DNA of 32,000 bases from Sphingomonadaceae bacterium. Lineage in GTDB: Bacteria; Pseudomonadota; Alphaproteobacteria; Sphingomonadales; Sphingomonadaceae. The notes beneath the pieces are model-generated. The model was given only the letters and a program-made list of their open reading frames with translations, did no database searches and was not told where the DNA came from. Below, in pieces: positions 1 to 9,437 of this stretch. Every line of letters starts with the position of its first letter. Position 1 is the first letter of the stretch. The position numbers and the translations under genes are program-made. Location of the stretch: positions 499,667-531,666 of the forward strand of contig OZ248513.1 of assembly GCA_965234565.1 (NCBI GenBank), written 5' to 3'.

Positions 1-1
1 A

Positions 2-127
2 TTAGCCCTGGCGCGCCTTGAAACGGCGATTGGTTTTGTTGATTACATAAGTGCGGCCACGACGGCGAATCACGCGGTTGTCGCGGTGGCGGCCCTTCAG
101 GGACTTCAGGGAGTTGACGATCTTCAT
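2..127 (-). CDS. rpmJ: 50S ribosomal protein L36
   Basis: My own reverse-complement translation gives [41 protein letters not shown] (41 aa, ATG at 125-127, TAA at 2-4). It is below the ORF-track length cutoff. The sequence is classic L36. Confidence 0.9.
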   Translation of the reverse strand: MKIVNSLKSLKGRHRDNRVIRRRGRTYVINKTNRRFKARQG

Positions 128-247
128 CGGACTTTTCCGTTTGTTTCTGTGGGCCGTTGGCCGGATTTGAAGGCGCGCATCTATGGGTGAGTCGGTGCAA
201 AGTCAAGCGGCATTGCGGCTTTTGCCCGATGGGTTTAAGATTACTGC

Positions 248-829
248 ATGGATGTTTTCCGCCGCTTCGCGCTGCTCGCCCTGCCGCTTTCGCTTTCAGC
301 GTGCATGATCCCGACCGGTCCGGTCGAGGTGACCCGGTTCAATCGCGCGGCAGAGGGCGTCGTTTACGGCCAGGGCAGCTTCAACGTCCGCTCCTTGGGC
401 GATAACCTGTCCCTTTCGCCTTATATCGCCGCGGTCCAGCGGGAAATGACGCGAGTCGGTTATAATCAAGCGTTGGCCGAGGGCGATGTCCGCGCAGATG
501 TTTCAGTCAGTCGTAACGAATTTCGCGGGGACAATCGCGGGCCCGTGTCGGTGGGCGTTGGCGGATCGACCGGCAGCTATGGTTCCGGCGTCGGCGTGGG
601 TGTGGGCGTGAACCTCAATTCGCTCGGCGATCAACGCGGCATCGTCACAACATTAAGCGTCCGCATCATCCGTCGCAGCGACAATCTGGTGATCTGGGAG
701 GGCACCGCCAGCCAGCGAGGCGCCGCAAATTCGCCCGCTGCCCAACCCGGAATCGCGGCCTCGAAGCTGGCCGGCGCACTGTTCAAGGATTTTCCGGGCG
801 CCAATGGCGAGGCCGTGACGATCCCCTGA
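248..829 (+). CDS. Putative lipoprotein with a Gly-rich segment, function unknown
   Basis: N-terminal signal peptide with lipobox LSLSAC. Contains a Gly/Val-rich run GVGGSTGSYGSGVGVGVGVN. I recognise no family motif. Confidence 0.65.
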   Translation: MDVFRRFALLALPLSLSACMIPTGPVEVTRFNRAAEGVVYGQGSFNVRSLGDNLSLSPYIAAVQREMTRVGYNQALAEGDVRADVSVSRNEFRGDNRGPVSVGVGGSTGSYGSGVGVGVGVNLNSLGDQRGIVTTLSVRIIRRSDNLVIWEGTASQRGAANSPAAQPGIAASKLAGALFKDFPGANGEAVTIP

Positions 830-932
830 TAGGACGTCCATTTGCGTCAGGCGCGGGCGATAGGTTGTGGCGGCACCCCGCGCAATTCGACTTGGCTCGA
901 CACGAACGGAACTAGGCGTTAACCCGCCGTCT

Positions 933-2069
933 ATGAGCATCCATAGCATCAACGCCGCCTTCGACAGCGGAAACATCGACGTCGTATCGATCACCGACAA
1001 CACCGCCACGCTGACAATTCGCAAGGATCGCGAATCGGAATTCTTCCAATGGTTCCACTTCCGCGTCGTCGCAGAGGCCGGCGAAGAATTTGTGCTACGC
1101 ATCACGGCCCTTGAAAAAAGCGCCTATCCCGGCGGCTGGCCCGATTATCGCGCCTGCGTGTCCGAAGACCGCGATTATTGGGGCCGCGCCGAGACCAGCT
1201 ATAACAAGGCCGAAGATGGCGGCACGCTGACCATCCGCTACACCAGTGTTTCGGGCATCGCCTGGTTTGCCTATTTCGCGCCTTATTCGATCGAACGCCA
1301 CCACGACCTCGTGTCCGAAACCGCATCTTGCGAGGGCGTCGATTATCGCTGCCTTGGCACCAGCATCGAAGGCCAGCCGATCGACTGTCTTTCGATGGGC
1401 ACCGGCGAGGTGCAGGTCTGGCTCTATGCACGCCAGCATCCGGGCGAAAGCATGGCCGAATGGTGGATGGAGGGCGCATTGGACATGCTGACCGATCCCA
1501 CCGATCCGCACACCCGCCGCTTGCTGGAAAAATGCCGTATCCATGTCGTGCCCAATTGCAATCCGGACGGGTCCTGCCGCGGCCATTTGCGCACCAACCA
1601 TGCCGGCGTGAACCTCAACCGCGAATGGGCAGAACCCAGCGCCGAACGTAGCCCCGAAGTGCTCGCCATCCGCAATGCGATGGACGAGACCGGCGTGCAC
1701 TGGGCAATGGACGTGCATGGTGATGAAGCCATTCCCGCCGCATTCATGGCGGGTTTTGAAGGCATCCCCAGTTGGACCGACGGTCAGGGCGCGCGCTACA
1801 CCCGCTTCATCACCCGCCTTGCCGAACGCACCCCCGATTTCCAGACGAAGCTGGGCTATGGGATCGCCGCACCGGGCAAGGCAAACCTCACCATGTCAAC
1901 CAACCAGCTCGCCGAGCGATTCGGACCTTCGCATAGCTGCGTTTCAATGACGCTCGAAATGCCGTTCAAAGATACAATCGACGGCAATGATGCCGAACAA
2001 GGCTGGTCGCCCGAACGCAGCAAGCTGCTTGCACGTGAATGCCTCGCAACCCTGGCGGAGATGGTTTGA
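933..2069 (+). CDS. M14-family zinc carboxypeptidase (cytosolic-carboxypeptidase-like, with N-terminal beta-sandwich domain)
   Basis: Zn-binding HxxE (QHPGES) and a downstream His (MDVHGDE). The N-terminal FFQWFHFRV segment is typical of the CCP-type N-domain. I chose the ATG at 933 ([14 protein letters not shown]) over the track start at 867. Confidence 0.75.
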   Translation: MSIHSINAAFDSGNIDVVSITDNTATLTIRKDRESEFFQWFHFRVVAEAGEEFVLRITALEKSAYPGGWPDYRACVSEDRDYWGRAETSYNKAEDGGTLTIRYTSVSGIAWFAYFAPYSIERHHDLVSETASCEGVDYRCLGTSIEGQPIDCLSMGTGEVQVWLYARQHPGESMAEWWMEGALDMLTDPTDPHTRRLLEKCRIHVVPNCNPDGSCRGHLRTNHAGVNLNREWAEPSAERSPEVLAIRNAMDETGVHWAMDVHGDEAIPAAFMAGFEGIPSWTDGQGARYTRFITRLAERTPDFQTKLGYGIAAPGKANLTMSTNQLAERFGPSHSCVSMTLEMPFKDTIDGNDAEQGWSPERSKLLARECLATLAEMV

Positions 2070-2079
2070 GCGCTAGGCG

Positions 2080-2535
2080 ATGCACATCATCGAGGACGAT
2101 CTGAGCGGAAAAGAAATTCGCGCCCTTCTTGAAACCCACTTTGCCGGGATGCTTGCCAATTCGCCGAAGGACAGCTGCCATTTCCTCGATTTTGAAGGTC
2201 TGAAAGCGCCGGGCGTCACCTTTTGGTCGATCTGGGATCAGGGCGAGCTGATGGGCTGCGGCGCGTTGAAACAGCATGATGCCGATCTGGGCGAGGTCAA
2301 ATCGATGCGCACCCACGCCGATCATTTGCGCAAGGGGGCGGGTGCCGCAATGCTGGTCCACATCATTGCGTCCGCGCGCGAACGCGGGCTGAAGCAGCTG
2401 AGCCTCGAAACCGGATCCAGCGCCGCCTTTGATGCCGCCCATGCGCTCTATCTGCGCCACGGTTTCACATATTGCCCAGCCTTTGCCGATTATAAGGACG
2501 ACCCTTTCAGCCGCTTCATGACGCTGAAGTTGTAG
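2080..2535 (+). CDS. GNAT-family N-acetyltransferase
   Basis: 151 aa. Acetyl-CoA binding-type motif LRKGAGAAML. The size and the C-terminal YLRHGF motif are typical of GNAT proteins. Confidence 0.8.
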   Translation: MHIIEDDLSGKEIRALLETHFAGMLANSPKDSCHFLDFEGLKAPGVTFWSIWDQGELMGCGALKQHDADLGEVKSMRTHADHLRKGAGAAMLVHIIASARERGLKQLSLETGSSAAFDAAHALYLRHGFTYCPAFADYKDDPFSRFMTLKL

Positions 2536-2812
2536 CAGAGAAGTGGCGCCTAGCGTATCGGCCGCGCCATTTATTTCAAACAAAGACCCGAAGAAAAACA
2601 AGAAAATAAGGGCGCATGCCCTTCACCAGAACATGGCATTGCATCGCCAATCATGAGCCGAAAAATGGAGACCAGGTCTCTTTTGTCTTGTTTCGCTTTT
2701 TGCCTTTGTATGAAACCGATTGCACATCGTTTGCATTCTAGCACAACCCTAATTGTACAGCCCCACTCTCCCCGCTAAAGGCGCAGGCAAAGCAAAACTG
2801 CAAGGACCGAAA

Positions 2813-3499
2813 ATGCCCCAACTCATCCTCATCCGCCACGGCCAGTCGCAATGGAATCTCGAAAACCGCTTCACCGGTTGGTGGGATGTTGACGTGACTG
2901 AAAAGGGCGCGGCCGAAGCATGGGCGGCTGGCGAACTGATGAAGGCCAAGGGCATTGCGCCCGATACCTGCTTCACCAGCGTCCAAACCCGCGCGATCAA
3001 GACACTCAATCTCGCGCTGGAGGCGATGGGCCGCCTGTGGCTGCCAGTGACCAAGGACTGGCATCTGAACGAGCGCCATTATGGTGGCCTCACCGGGCTC
3101 GACAAGGCGGAGACAGCGGCGAAGCATGGCGATGAACAGGTGCATATCTGGCGCCGCAGCTTCGACATTCCGCCGCCGCCGCTCGAGGCGGATTCGCCCT
3201 ATGACCTGTCAAAGGACCCGCGCTACGCTGGGATTGCTATCCCCAATACCGAAAGCCTGAAGGACACCATCGCCCGCGTTCTGCCTTATTGGGAAGGCGT
3301 GATCACGCCCGAACTCAAAGCCGGAAAGACCGTGCTGATTTCAGCACATGGCAACAGCCTGCGCGCGCTGGTCAAGCATCTGTCGGGCATTTCGGATGCG
3401 GATATCACCGAGCTTGAAATCCCGACCGGCCAGCCGATTGTCTATGAATTGGATGACGCGCTGAACGCGAGCGACCGCTATTATCTGTCAGAGCGGTAA
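2813..3499 (+). CDS. gpmA: 2,3-bisphosphoglycerate-dependent phosphoglycerate mutase
   Basis: [10 protein letters not shown] catalytic His motif, plus ERHYGGLTG and [10 protein letters not shown]. Start taken at the ATG at 2813 ([10 protein letters not shown]), preceded by a purine-rich stretch. Confidence 0.9.
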   Translation: MPQLILIRHGQSQWNLENRFTGWWDVDVTEKGAAEAWAAGELMKAKGIAPDTCFTSVQTRAIKTLNLALEAMGRLWLPVTKDWHLNERHYGGLTGLDKAETAAKHGDEQVHIWRRSFDIPPPPLEADSPYDLSKDPRYAGIAIPNTESLKDTIARVLPYWEGVITPELKAGKTVLISAHGNSLRALVKHLSGISDADITELEIPTGQPIVYELDDALNASDRYYLSER

Positions 3500-3529
3500 T
3501 CACTCACCCAAGCGCGGCAGAGCCAGGGC

Positions 3530-4123
3530 TTAGCCCGCGCCTTGGGAATATCTGGCGCGCTTGTTTGCATACATTGACTGGTCGGCTTCGGCGAGCGCAT
3601 CGGACGCGCGGCTGCCGCTTTGAATCAGATAATGGCCGATCGATACATTGACCTTCAGCACCGGTCCGGCAGTTTTCACCGGCAAGTCGGCAAGCAGCTG
3701 CTGCATCGCGGCCGTTTTGTCCCCAAGCTTGTCGGCAGAGATGTTGTCGAGCAGGATTGCAAATTCGTCGCCGCCGACCCGTGCAACGATATCTGACTTG
3801 CGCGTAGTGGACGCCATGGCCTGTGCGACGCCGCAAATCACGGCGTCACCTGCGGCATGGCCATGGGTATCATTGATCAGCTTCAGTTGATCAATGTCGA
3901 GGAACAAGAGCCCGTAACTTCCGCCATAACGATGGGCGCGCCAGCACCAGCGATCCAGTTCATTCATGAAATAGCGGCGATTGAAAAGCGGGGTCAAAGT
4001 GTCCGTGGTTGCCAGCCGTTCAAGCTCGGCTACCCGTCCCCGCAACCGCCGGTTTTCGGATTCAAGATCATGTGTCGATACGCCGGACACAGCGTTTACA
4101 AACCCATCTTCTAGCTTCAGCAT
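3530..4123 (-). CDS. Diguanylate cyclase (stand-alone GGDEF domain with a short coiled-coil N-terminus)
   Basis: GGDEF active-site motif (VGGDEFAIL) and LFLDIDQLKLINDTHGHAAGD. Only about 35 aa precede the domain. Confidence 0.85.
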   Translation of the reverse strand: MLKLEDGFVNAVSGVSTHDLESENRRLRGRVAELERLATTDTLTPLFNRRYFMNELDRWCWRAHRYGGSYGLLFLDIDQLKLINDTHGHAAGDAVICGVAQAMASTTRKSDIVARVGGDEFAILLDNISADKLGDKTAAMQQLLADLPVKTAGPVLKVNVSIGHYLIQSGSRASDALAEADQSMYANKRARYSQGAG

Positions 4124-4303
4124 GGCGGCTCCGGTTTATCAATCGCGACCCGGTTAGCCTTGGGCTCTTGTCACATTCAATCCGATTTACCCAAAAATTG
4201 CAACAATTTACGCGAGAACAAAGGTAAAATCTGCGAGCGATTGCGCGCGCGGCACACCGCCGCTAGAGAGCAGGAAAGGCGCGCGGCGCATTACAGGGGA
4301 TGA

Positions 4304-4795
4304 ATGGTGGACAATTCGGCACCTTTGGTCGGCATCATCATGGGTAGCCGCTCGGACTGGGAAACGATGCGCGAGGCATCGTCCGTACTCGCGGCGCTCG
4401 GTGTTCCGCACGAATGCAAGGTGGTGTCCGCGCACCGCACCCCCGAACGGCTATATGCCTATGCCAAGGGCGCGGTTGGCCGCGGGTTGAAAACGATCAT
4501 TGCCGGCGCAGGCGGCGCGGCGCATCTCCCCGGTATGGTCGCTTCAATGACGCGATTGCCCGTACTCGGCGTCCCCGTACAGTCGAAGGCGCTGGATGGC
4601 ATGGACAGTCTGCTGTCTATCGTCCAGATGCCTGCCGGCATTCCAGTCGGCACATTGGCCATCGGCAAGGCAGGCGCGACCAATGCGGGCCTGATGGCTG
4701 CGGCGATGCTGGCAACCAGCGACCCCGCACTAGCGGAGCGGCTCGACGCCTGGCGGCAAAAACAGAGCGATTCGGTTAGCGAGACACCCGAATGA
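4304..4795 (+). CDS. purE: 5-(carboxyamino)imidazole ribonucleotide mutase
   Basis: Motifs IIMGSRSDW and [10 protein letters not shown]. The stop overlaps the purK start. Confidence 0.9.
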   Translation: MVDNSAPLVGIIMGSRSDWETMREASSVLAALGVPHECKVVSAHRTPERLYAYAKGAVGRGLKTIIAGAGGAAHLPGMVASMTRLPVLGVPVQSKALDGMDSLLSIVQMPAGIPVGTLAIGKAGATNAGLMAAAMLATSDPALAERLDAWRQKQSDSVSETPE

Positions 4796-5862
4796 GCGCG
4801 CTGCCTCCCGGTTCGACCATCGGCATTTTGGGCGGTGGCCAGTTAGGCAAGATGATGGCACTGGCAGCTGCCCAAATGGGCTATCGCTGCCACATTTATG
4901 CGCCCGAACCGGTATCGGTGGCGGCCGAGGTGTCGGCGCATTTCACCTGCGCCGACTATGACGATGTTGAGGCGCTGACAGCCTTTGCCAAAAGCTGCGA
5001 CGTCGTGACCTATGAATTCGAAAATGTGCCGGTTGCCCCGCTGCATGCCATTGAAGCACTGGTGCCGATCCGCCCGGGCATTCGCGCGCTGGAAATTGCG
5101 CAGGACAGGGTAGAGGAAAAGCTGTTCGCAATTGGACTGGGCGGCCGCACGGCATCATTCGAAATTGTCGGTGACAGACAGGAAGCGAGCCCTGCGCTCG
5201 AAAAAGTCGGCTTTCCCGCAATATTGAAAACGATCCGCATGGGTTATGACGGCAAGGGCCAGATCCGCGTCGCCGAGCCCGGCCAGATTTCCGAAGCCTG
5301 GCACCAGCTTGGCCGCCAGCCGTCCATCGTCGAGGCGGTGGTCAATTTCGACGCCGAGTTTTCTGTAATCCTGGTGCGCAATACGGCAGGCGACATCCGC
5401 TATTGGGATAGCCCGCGCAACCGCCATGAAGGCGGCATCCTTTCGCAATCGACCTTACCGGCAGGCCCGCTGATCGAAAGCCAAGTCGGCGTTGCGCGGG
5501 CATTGGCCGCAGCAGCTGCAGAAAAGCTCGATTTTGTCGGCGTCATGACGATGGAATTTTTCGCCACCGCGGATGGCCCAATGTTCAACGAAATGGCCCC
5601 GCGCGTCCATAATAGCGGCCATTGGACGATCGAGGGTGCGGCAACGAGCCAGTTTGAGAACCATATCCGCGCAGTCTGCAACCTTCCGCTGGGAGCAACC
5701 GAACTGGTGGCTGAGCGTGTCGAAATGGCAAATCTAATCGGCGCCGATGCTGATCGCTGGCCCATGCTTTTTGCAGATAATGACGCCCATGTGCATCTTT
5801 ACGGCAAGGGCCAAGCCTCACCGGGTCGCAAGATGGGGCATGTCACCCGCCTCTATCGCTAA
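4792..5862 (+). CDS. purK: 5-(carboxyamino)imidazole ribonucleotide synthase (ATP-grasp)
   Basis: N-terminal [13 protein letters not shown]-grasp core, and C-terminal HLYGK...GRKMGH. Has an ATGA overlap with purE. Confidence 0.9.
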   Translation: MSALPPGSTIGILGGGQLGKMMALAAAQMGYRCHIYAPEPVSVAAEVSAHFTCADYDDVEALTAFAKSCDVVTYEFENVPVAPLHAIEALVPIRPGIRALEIAQDRVEEKLFAIGLGGRTASFEIVGDRQEASPALEKVGFPAILKTIRMGYDGKGQIRVAEPGQISEAWHQLGRQPSIVEAVVNFDAEFSVILVRNTAGDIRYWDSPRNRHEGGILSQSTLPAGPLIESQVGVARALAAAAAEKLDFVGVMTMEFFATADGPMFNEMAPRVHNSGHWTIEGAATSQFENHIRAVCNLPLGATELVAERVEMANLIGADADRWPMLFADNDAHVHLYGKGQASPGRKMGHVTRLYR

Positions 5863-5915
5863 GGCAGCGATCGGCGTCTTGTCAGGCGGCCCCGCTTAGG
5901 GCAGAGCAGGACGTG

Positions 5916-6410
5916 ATGGATCATCCGGTCATTATCATGGTAGCTGCACGGGCCGACAATGGCGTGATCGGCGTTGATGGCGACCTGCCCTGGCGCATCC
6001 CTGCCGACCTTCGCCATTTCAAGCAGATCACTAAAGGCCGCCCGATGATTATGGGCCGCAAGACTTTTGACAGCCTGCCCGGCCTGCTCGAAGGCCGCCG
6101 CCATATCGTGCTCACCCGCAATGCTGACTGGGAAGAAGAGGGAGCGGAAGTCGCCAATTCGGTCGATGAAGCGCTGAAACTGGCCAATGGGCCGCACGTA
6201 TGCGTGATCGGCGGAGCCGAAATCTACCGACTGTTCCTGCCTCATGCAGACCGGATCGAACTGACTGAGGTGAAAGCAAATCCCGCGGGCGATACCGTGC
6301 TCGAACCGTTCGACATGAGTGTCTGGCGGGAATTGATGCGGGTTGCGAACCCGGCCGAAAACGGCCAGCCCGCGTTCGATTTTGTAACCTTGGTGCGCAA
6401 GGAGGGGTAG
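5916..6410 (+). CDS. folA: Dihydrofolate reductase
   Basis: VIGVDGDLPWRIPADLRHFKQITKGRPMIMGRKTFDSL is the canonical DHFR N-terminal region. I preferred the ATG at 5916 over the GTG at 5913. Confidence 0.85.
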   Translation: MDHPVIIMVAARADNGVIGVDGDLPWRIPADLRHFKQITKGRPMIMGRKTFDSLPGLLEGRRHIVLTRNADWEEEGAEVANSVDEALKLANGPHVCVIGGAEIYRLFLPHADRIELTEVKANPAGDTVLEPFDMSVWRELMRVANPAENGQPAFDFVTLVRKEG

Positions 6411-6413
6411 CGC

Positions 6414-7601
6414 ATGCGTAAATGGCTATGGGGGCTGGCCATCCTGTTGCTGGCGGCAGGGATAGGCTTTTTCGGCTTTGCGCCGGGCTATGTCGAATCG
6501 TCAATGAACCGGATTGACGGCAAACCGCTGCCCAAGGTGAGCGATCGGGCGATCGCGCTGCACGAGACGCTGACCATCGTCGATCTGCATTCGGATACGC
6601 TGATGTGGAAACGCGATATGATGGACCGGGGCGACCGCGGCCATATGGACCTGCCCCGCCTGTCCGAAGGCAATGTCACACTGCAGGTGTTTTCCAGCGT
6701 CACCAAGACCCCCAAGGGTCAAAATTATGACGCGAACAGCGCTGAGAGCGACAATATCACACTGCTCACCATCGCCCAGCTGCAACCGATGCGGACTTGG
6801 GGATCGCTGCTCGAACGCTCACTCTGGCATGCGACCAAACTCGACCATGCAGTCGCCGCATCGAACGCAACTCTAGTCAAAACAGTCGGCCCGGCGGAAC
6901 TTGACGCGATGTTGGCGCGGCGTGCAGCAGGTGGCCCTGCCATGGGTGCCCTCCTCTCCATAGAAGGCCTTCAAAACCTCGAAGGCAAGGCATCGAACCT
7001 CGACAAGCTCTACGCCGCCGGTTTCCGCATGGCGGGGCTGACCCATTTCTTCGACAATGAACTCGCCGGATCGATGCACGGCCTCAAAAAAGGCGGGCTG
7101 ACGCCTATGGGCCGCGAAGTCGTCCAGCGAATGGAAGATATCGGCATGATCGTCGACATCGCCCATTGCAGCCAGCAATGCGTCACCGAGATATTGGCGA
7201 TGGCGCGGCGTCCGGTCGTGTCCAGCCATGGCGGGGTGCAGGCGACTTGCAAGGTCAACCGCAATCTTTCGGATGAACATATTCGTGGGGTCGCGAAAAC
7301 CGGAGGCATTATCGGGATCGGTTATTGGAATGCGGCCATCTGCGATACGTCACCCGCCTCTATTGCGAAGGCAATGAAACATGTGCGCGACCTTGTCGGT
7401 ATCGACCATGTCGCGCTCGGCTCCGACTATGATGGCGCAACTACGGTGCGTTTCGACACCTCGAAACTGGTGCAGGTCACACAGGCATTGATCGATACAG
7501 GCTTCACCGATGATGAAATCCGGGCCGTCATGGGCAGCAATGCCTTGCGCGTGATCCGGGAAGGATTGAAACCCATGGCGAAGGCCAAACCTGCCGCATG
7601 A
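6414..7601 (+). CDS. Membrane-anchored M19-family dipeptidase
   Basis: N-terminal TM helix. Metal-ligand motifs VDLHSD, HFFDN, SSHGG and GSDYDG match renal-dipeptidase-type enzymes. Confidence 0.8.
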   Translation: MRKWLWGLAILLLAAGIGFFGFAPGYVESSMNRIDGKPLPKVSDRAIALHETLTIVDLHSDTLMWKRDMMDRGDRGHMDLPRLSEGNVTLQVFSSVTKTPKGQNYDANSAESDNITLLTIAQLQPMRTWGSLLERSLWHATKLDHAVAASNATLVKTVGPAELDAMLARRAAGGPAMGALLSIEGLQNLEGKASNLDKLYAAGFRMAGLTHFFDNELAGSMHGLKKGGLTPMGREVVQRMEDIGMIVDIAHCSQQCVTEILAMARRPVVSSHGGVQATCKVNRNLSDEHIRGVAKTGGIIGIGYWNAAICDTSPASIAKAMKHVRDLVGIDHVALGSDYDGATTVRFDTSKLVQVTQALIDTGFTDDEIRAVMGSNALRVIREGLKPMAKAKPAA

Positions 7602-8530
7602 CTATTCCCCGTCTTTCGTCGCGTGATTCTATCCCCGATGCCTTGCGTGGCGGCATCGCTGCGCTTGGCAATTTTGACGGTTTCCATTTGGGTCATCAGG
7701 CGGTCGCTGGAGAAGCAATTGCGCAAGCAAAGGCGCAAGGCCGACCTGCGATCATCGCAACCTTCGATCCCCACCCGGTGCGCTATTTCACACCGGATGC
7801 GCCGCCCTTCCGGCTGACCACGCTTGACCAGCGCCAGCGGCTGTTTGAAGCGGCTGGGGCCGATGCGATGCTGGTGTTCGAATTTGATGCGGCGCTTGCG
7901 GGCACATCCGCAGAGGATTTCATCGACAGGCTGCTGATCGAACGGCTCGGCCTTACCGGCGTTGTTACTGGCGAAGACTTCACCTTTGGAAAAAAGCGCG
8001 GCGGCAATATTGGCGTGCTGCGCGAACGTGGCGCGGCACAAGGCCTTTCGAGCCGTGCAGTTGGCCCGGTGACTGACGCAGGCGGCGTAATTTCCTCCAG
8101 CCGCATCCGCGACGCGCTGCGCTGCGGCGACCTTACAAGTGCAAACCGCCTGCTCACCCGTCCCTTTGCGGTCGAAGCCCCCGTCCAGCATGGCGACAAA
8201 AATGGTCGCCTGCTCGGCTTTCCGACGGCAAACATGGATCTCGGCAAATATCTGCGCCCGCGCTACGGCGTCTATGCGGTGCGCGGCCGCCTGCCAGACG
8301 GCCGGTTGCTCGATGGCGCGGCCAATGTCGGCATCCGCCCGCAATTCGAGCCGCCCAAGGAATTGCTAGAGCCCTATTTCTTCGATTTCGCCGAGGACCT
8401 TTATGGCCAGACGATCGAGGTCGAATTCCACGCTTTCCTGCGACCCGAGGGCAAATATGAAAGCCTAGAGGCGCTGACTGCGCAAATCGCCCAGGATTGC
8501 GCGGATGCGAAGGTGGCTTTGCAGAGATGA
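7598..8530 (+). CDS. ribF: Bifunctional riboflavin kinase / FMN adenylyltransferase
   Basis: GNFDGFHLGHQ in the adenylyltransferase part, GFPTAN and the kinase C-terminal half. The start overlaps the dipeptidase stop. Confidence 0.9.
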   Translation: MTIPRLSSRDSIPDALRGGIAALGNFDGFHLGHQAVAGEAIAQAKAQGRPAIIATFDPHPVRYFTPDAPPFRLTTLDQRQRLFEAAGADAMLVFEFDAALAGTSAEDFIDRLLIERLGLTGVVTGEDFTFGKKRGGNIGVLRERGAAQGLSSRAVGPVTDAGGVISSSRIRDALRCGDLTSANRLLTRPFAVEAPVQHGDKNGRLLGFPTANMDLGKYLRPRYGVYAVRGRLPDGRLLDGAANVGIRPQFEPPKELLEPYFFDFAEDLYGQTIEVEFHAFLRPEGKYESLEALTAQIAQDCADAKVALQR

Positions 8531-9363
8531 CAGTCTCTAAACGCACCACCATCATCATCCTCGCGCTTGTCGCTTTGTTCTTTGCCTTCACGCTGCACCA
8601 TGCAAGCTGGCGGGCAGACGCACCCAAGGGCGGGCCAAGGCTGGTCGCTGATCGCGGTGTTGCGCCGGTTCTTGGCAATGATGGCTGCGTCTCTGCGGCG
8701 AATGCGGGCTATGGCGCGGTCGCGGTGGGGCCGGATCTTGCCGCGCTGCAACTTGCGGCAGGCGCGGGTGCACAAGCCTTGCATGTCTCGATTGAGTTGG
8801 CTGGTGGGCGTTGGGCGCCGGTGCGGCAGTTCGAAAGCAAGTGCGCCGCCGATCTTGCCCAGCCCCGGCCCGATATTGCCACCACCGCCTATAGCCTTTC
8901 ACGCCCCGACCTGTTCTGGCAGGCCGAGGGTGTCGACGCGGCCCGCGCGCTAGTCGCGGCCCTGCCAGCAGGGGACCTACGACATATGCTGATCGGCGAT
9001 GATGCAGCTGTGCGGGCAGCCAAAGCCGAACGCCCTGCCATGCGCGCCTTCACCATCGCCGCTGCACGTAAATGCGCGGCGGACTATCGCGGTTCGCTGC
9101 TCGGTTCGGTCCCCGAAAGCTGCACCAATGGCGTGATGCTGCTGACGCTTGATGATCTTGGCTTCACGCTCTGGGGTTGGCCCAACCGCTTCCTCGACCG
9201 CATGGCAAAAGCGAAGACCATTGTGATCATCGCGCAGAGCGTGGAGGGCGCGACAATCAAGGGCCTCACCGAACCCAGCCAATATGGTGAGATCGCCAAA
9301 GATTTTAATGGCTATATCTGGGTGGACAAGATCGAGGAACTGGGCCCCGCCTTGCGGCGATGA
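8527..9363 (+). CDS. Membrane-anchored hypothetical protein (weak, degenerate GDPD-like pattern)
   Basis: ATG at 8527 overlaps the ribF stop (ATGA). It is followed by a TM helix (TTIIILALVALFFAF). No confident family. See the finding on a possible degenerate glycerophosphodiesterase fold. Confidence 0.55.
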   Translation: MTVSKRTTIIILALVALFFAFTLHHASWRADAPKGGPRLVADRGVAPVLGNDGCVSAANAGYGAVAVGPDLAALQLAAGAGAQALHVSIELAGGRWAPVRQFESKCAADLAQPRPDIATTAYSLSRPDLFWQAEGVDAARALVAALPAGDLRHMLIGDDAAVRAAKAERPAMRAFTIAAARKCAADYRGSLLGSVPESCTNGVMLLTLDDLGFTLWGWPNRFLDRMAKAKTIVIIAQSVEGATIKGLTEPSQYGEIAKDFNGYIWVDKIEELGPALRR

Positions 9364-9437
9364 ATTCCCTCTCCCCTTGGTAGAGGTGCTTCTAGGGCTT
9401 TATCCCTGCGGCGTAATCCCCTAAGCACCCGCGCGAT

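Noticed and set aside
4124-4303. Possible purine/ZTP-type riboswitch upstream of purE
   Set aside because: I could not find the conserved ZTP (pfl) or purine riboswitch core sequences or a convincing pseudoknot or three-way junction by eye. It is probably just a divergent promoter region shared with the GGDEF gene.
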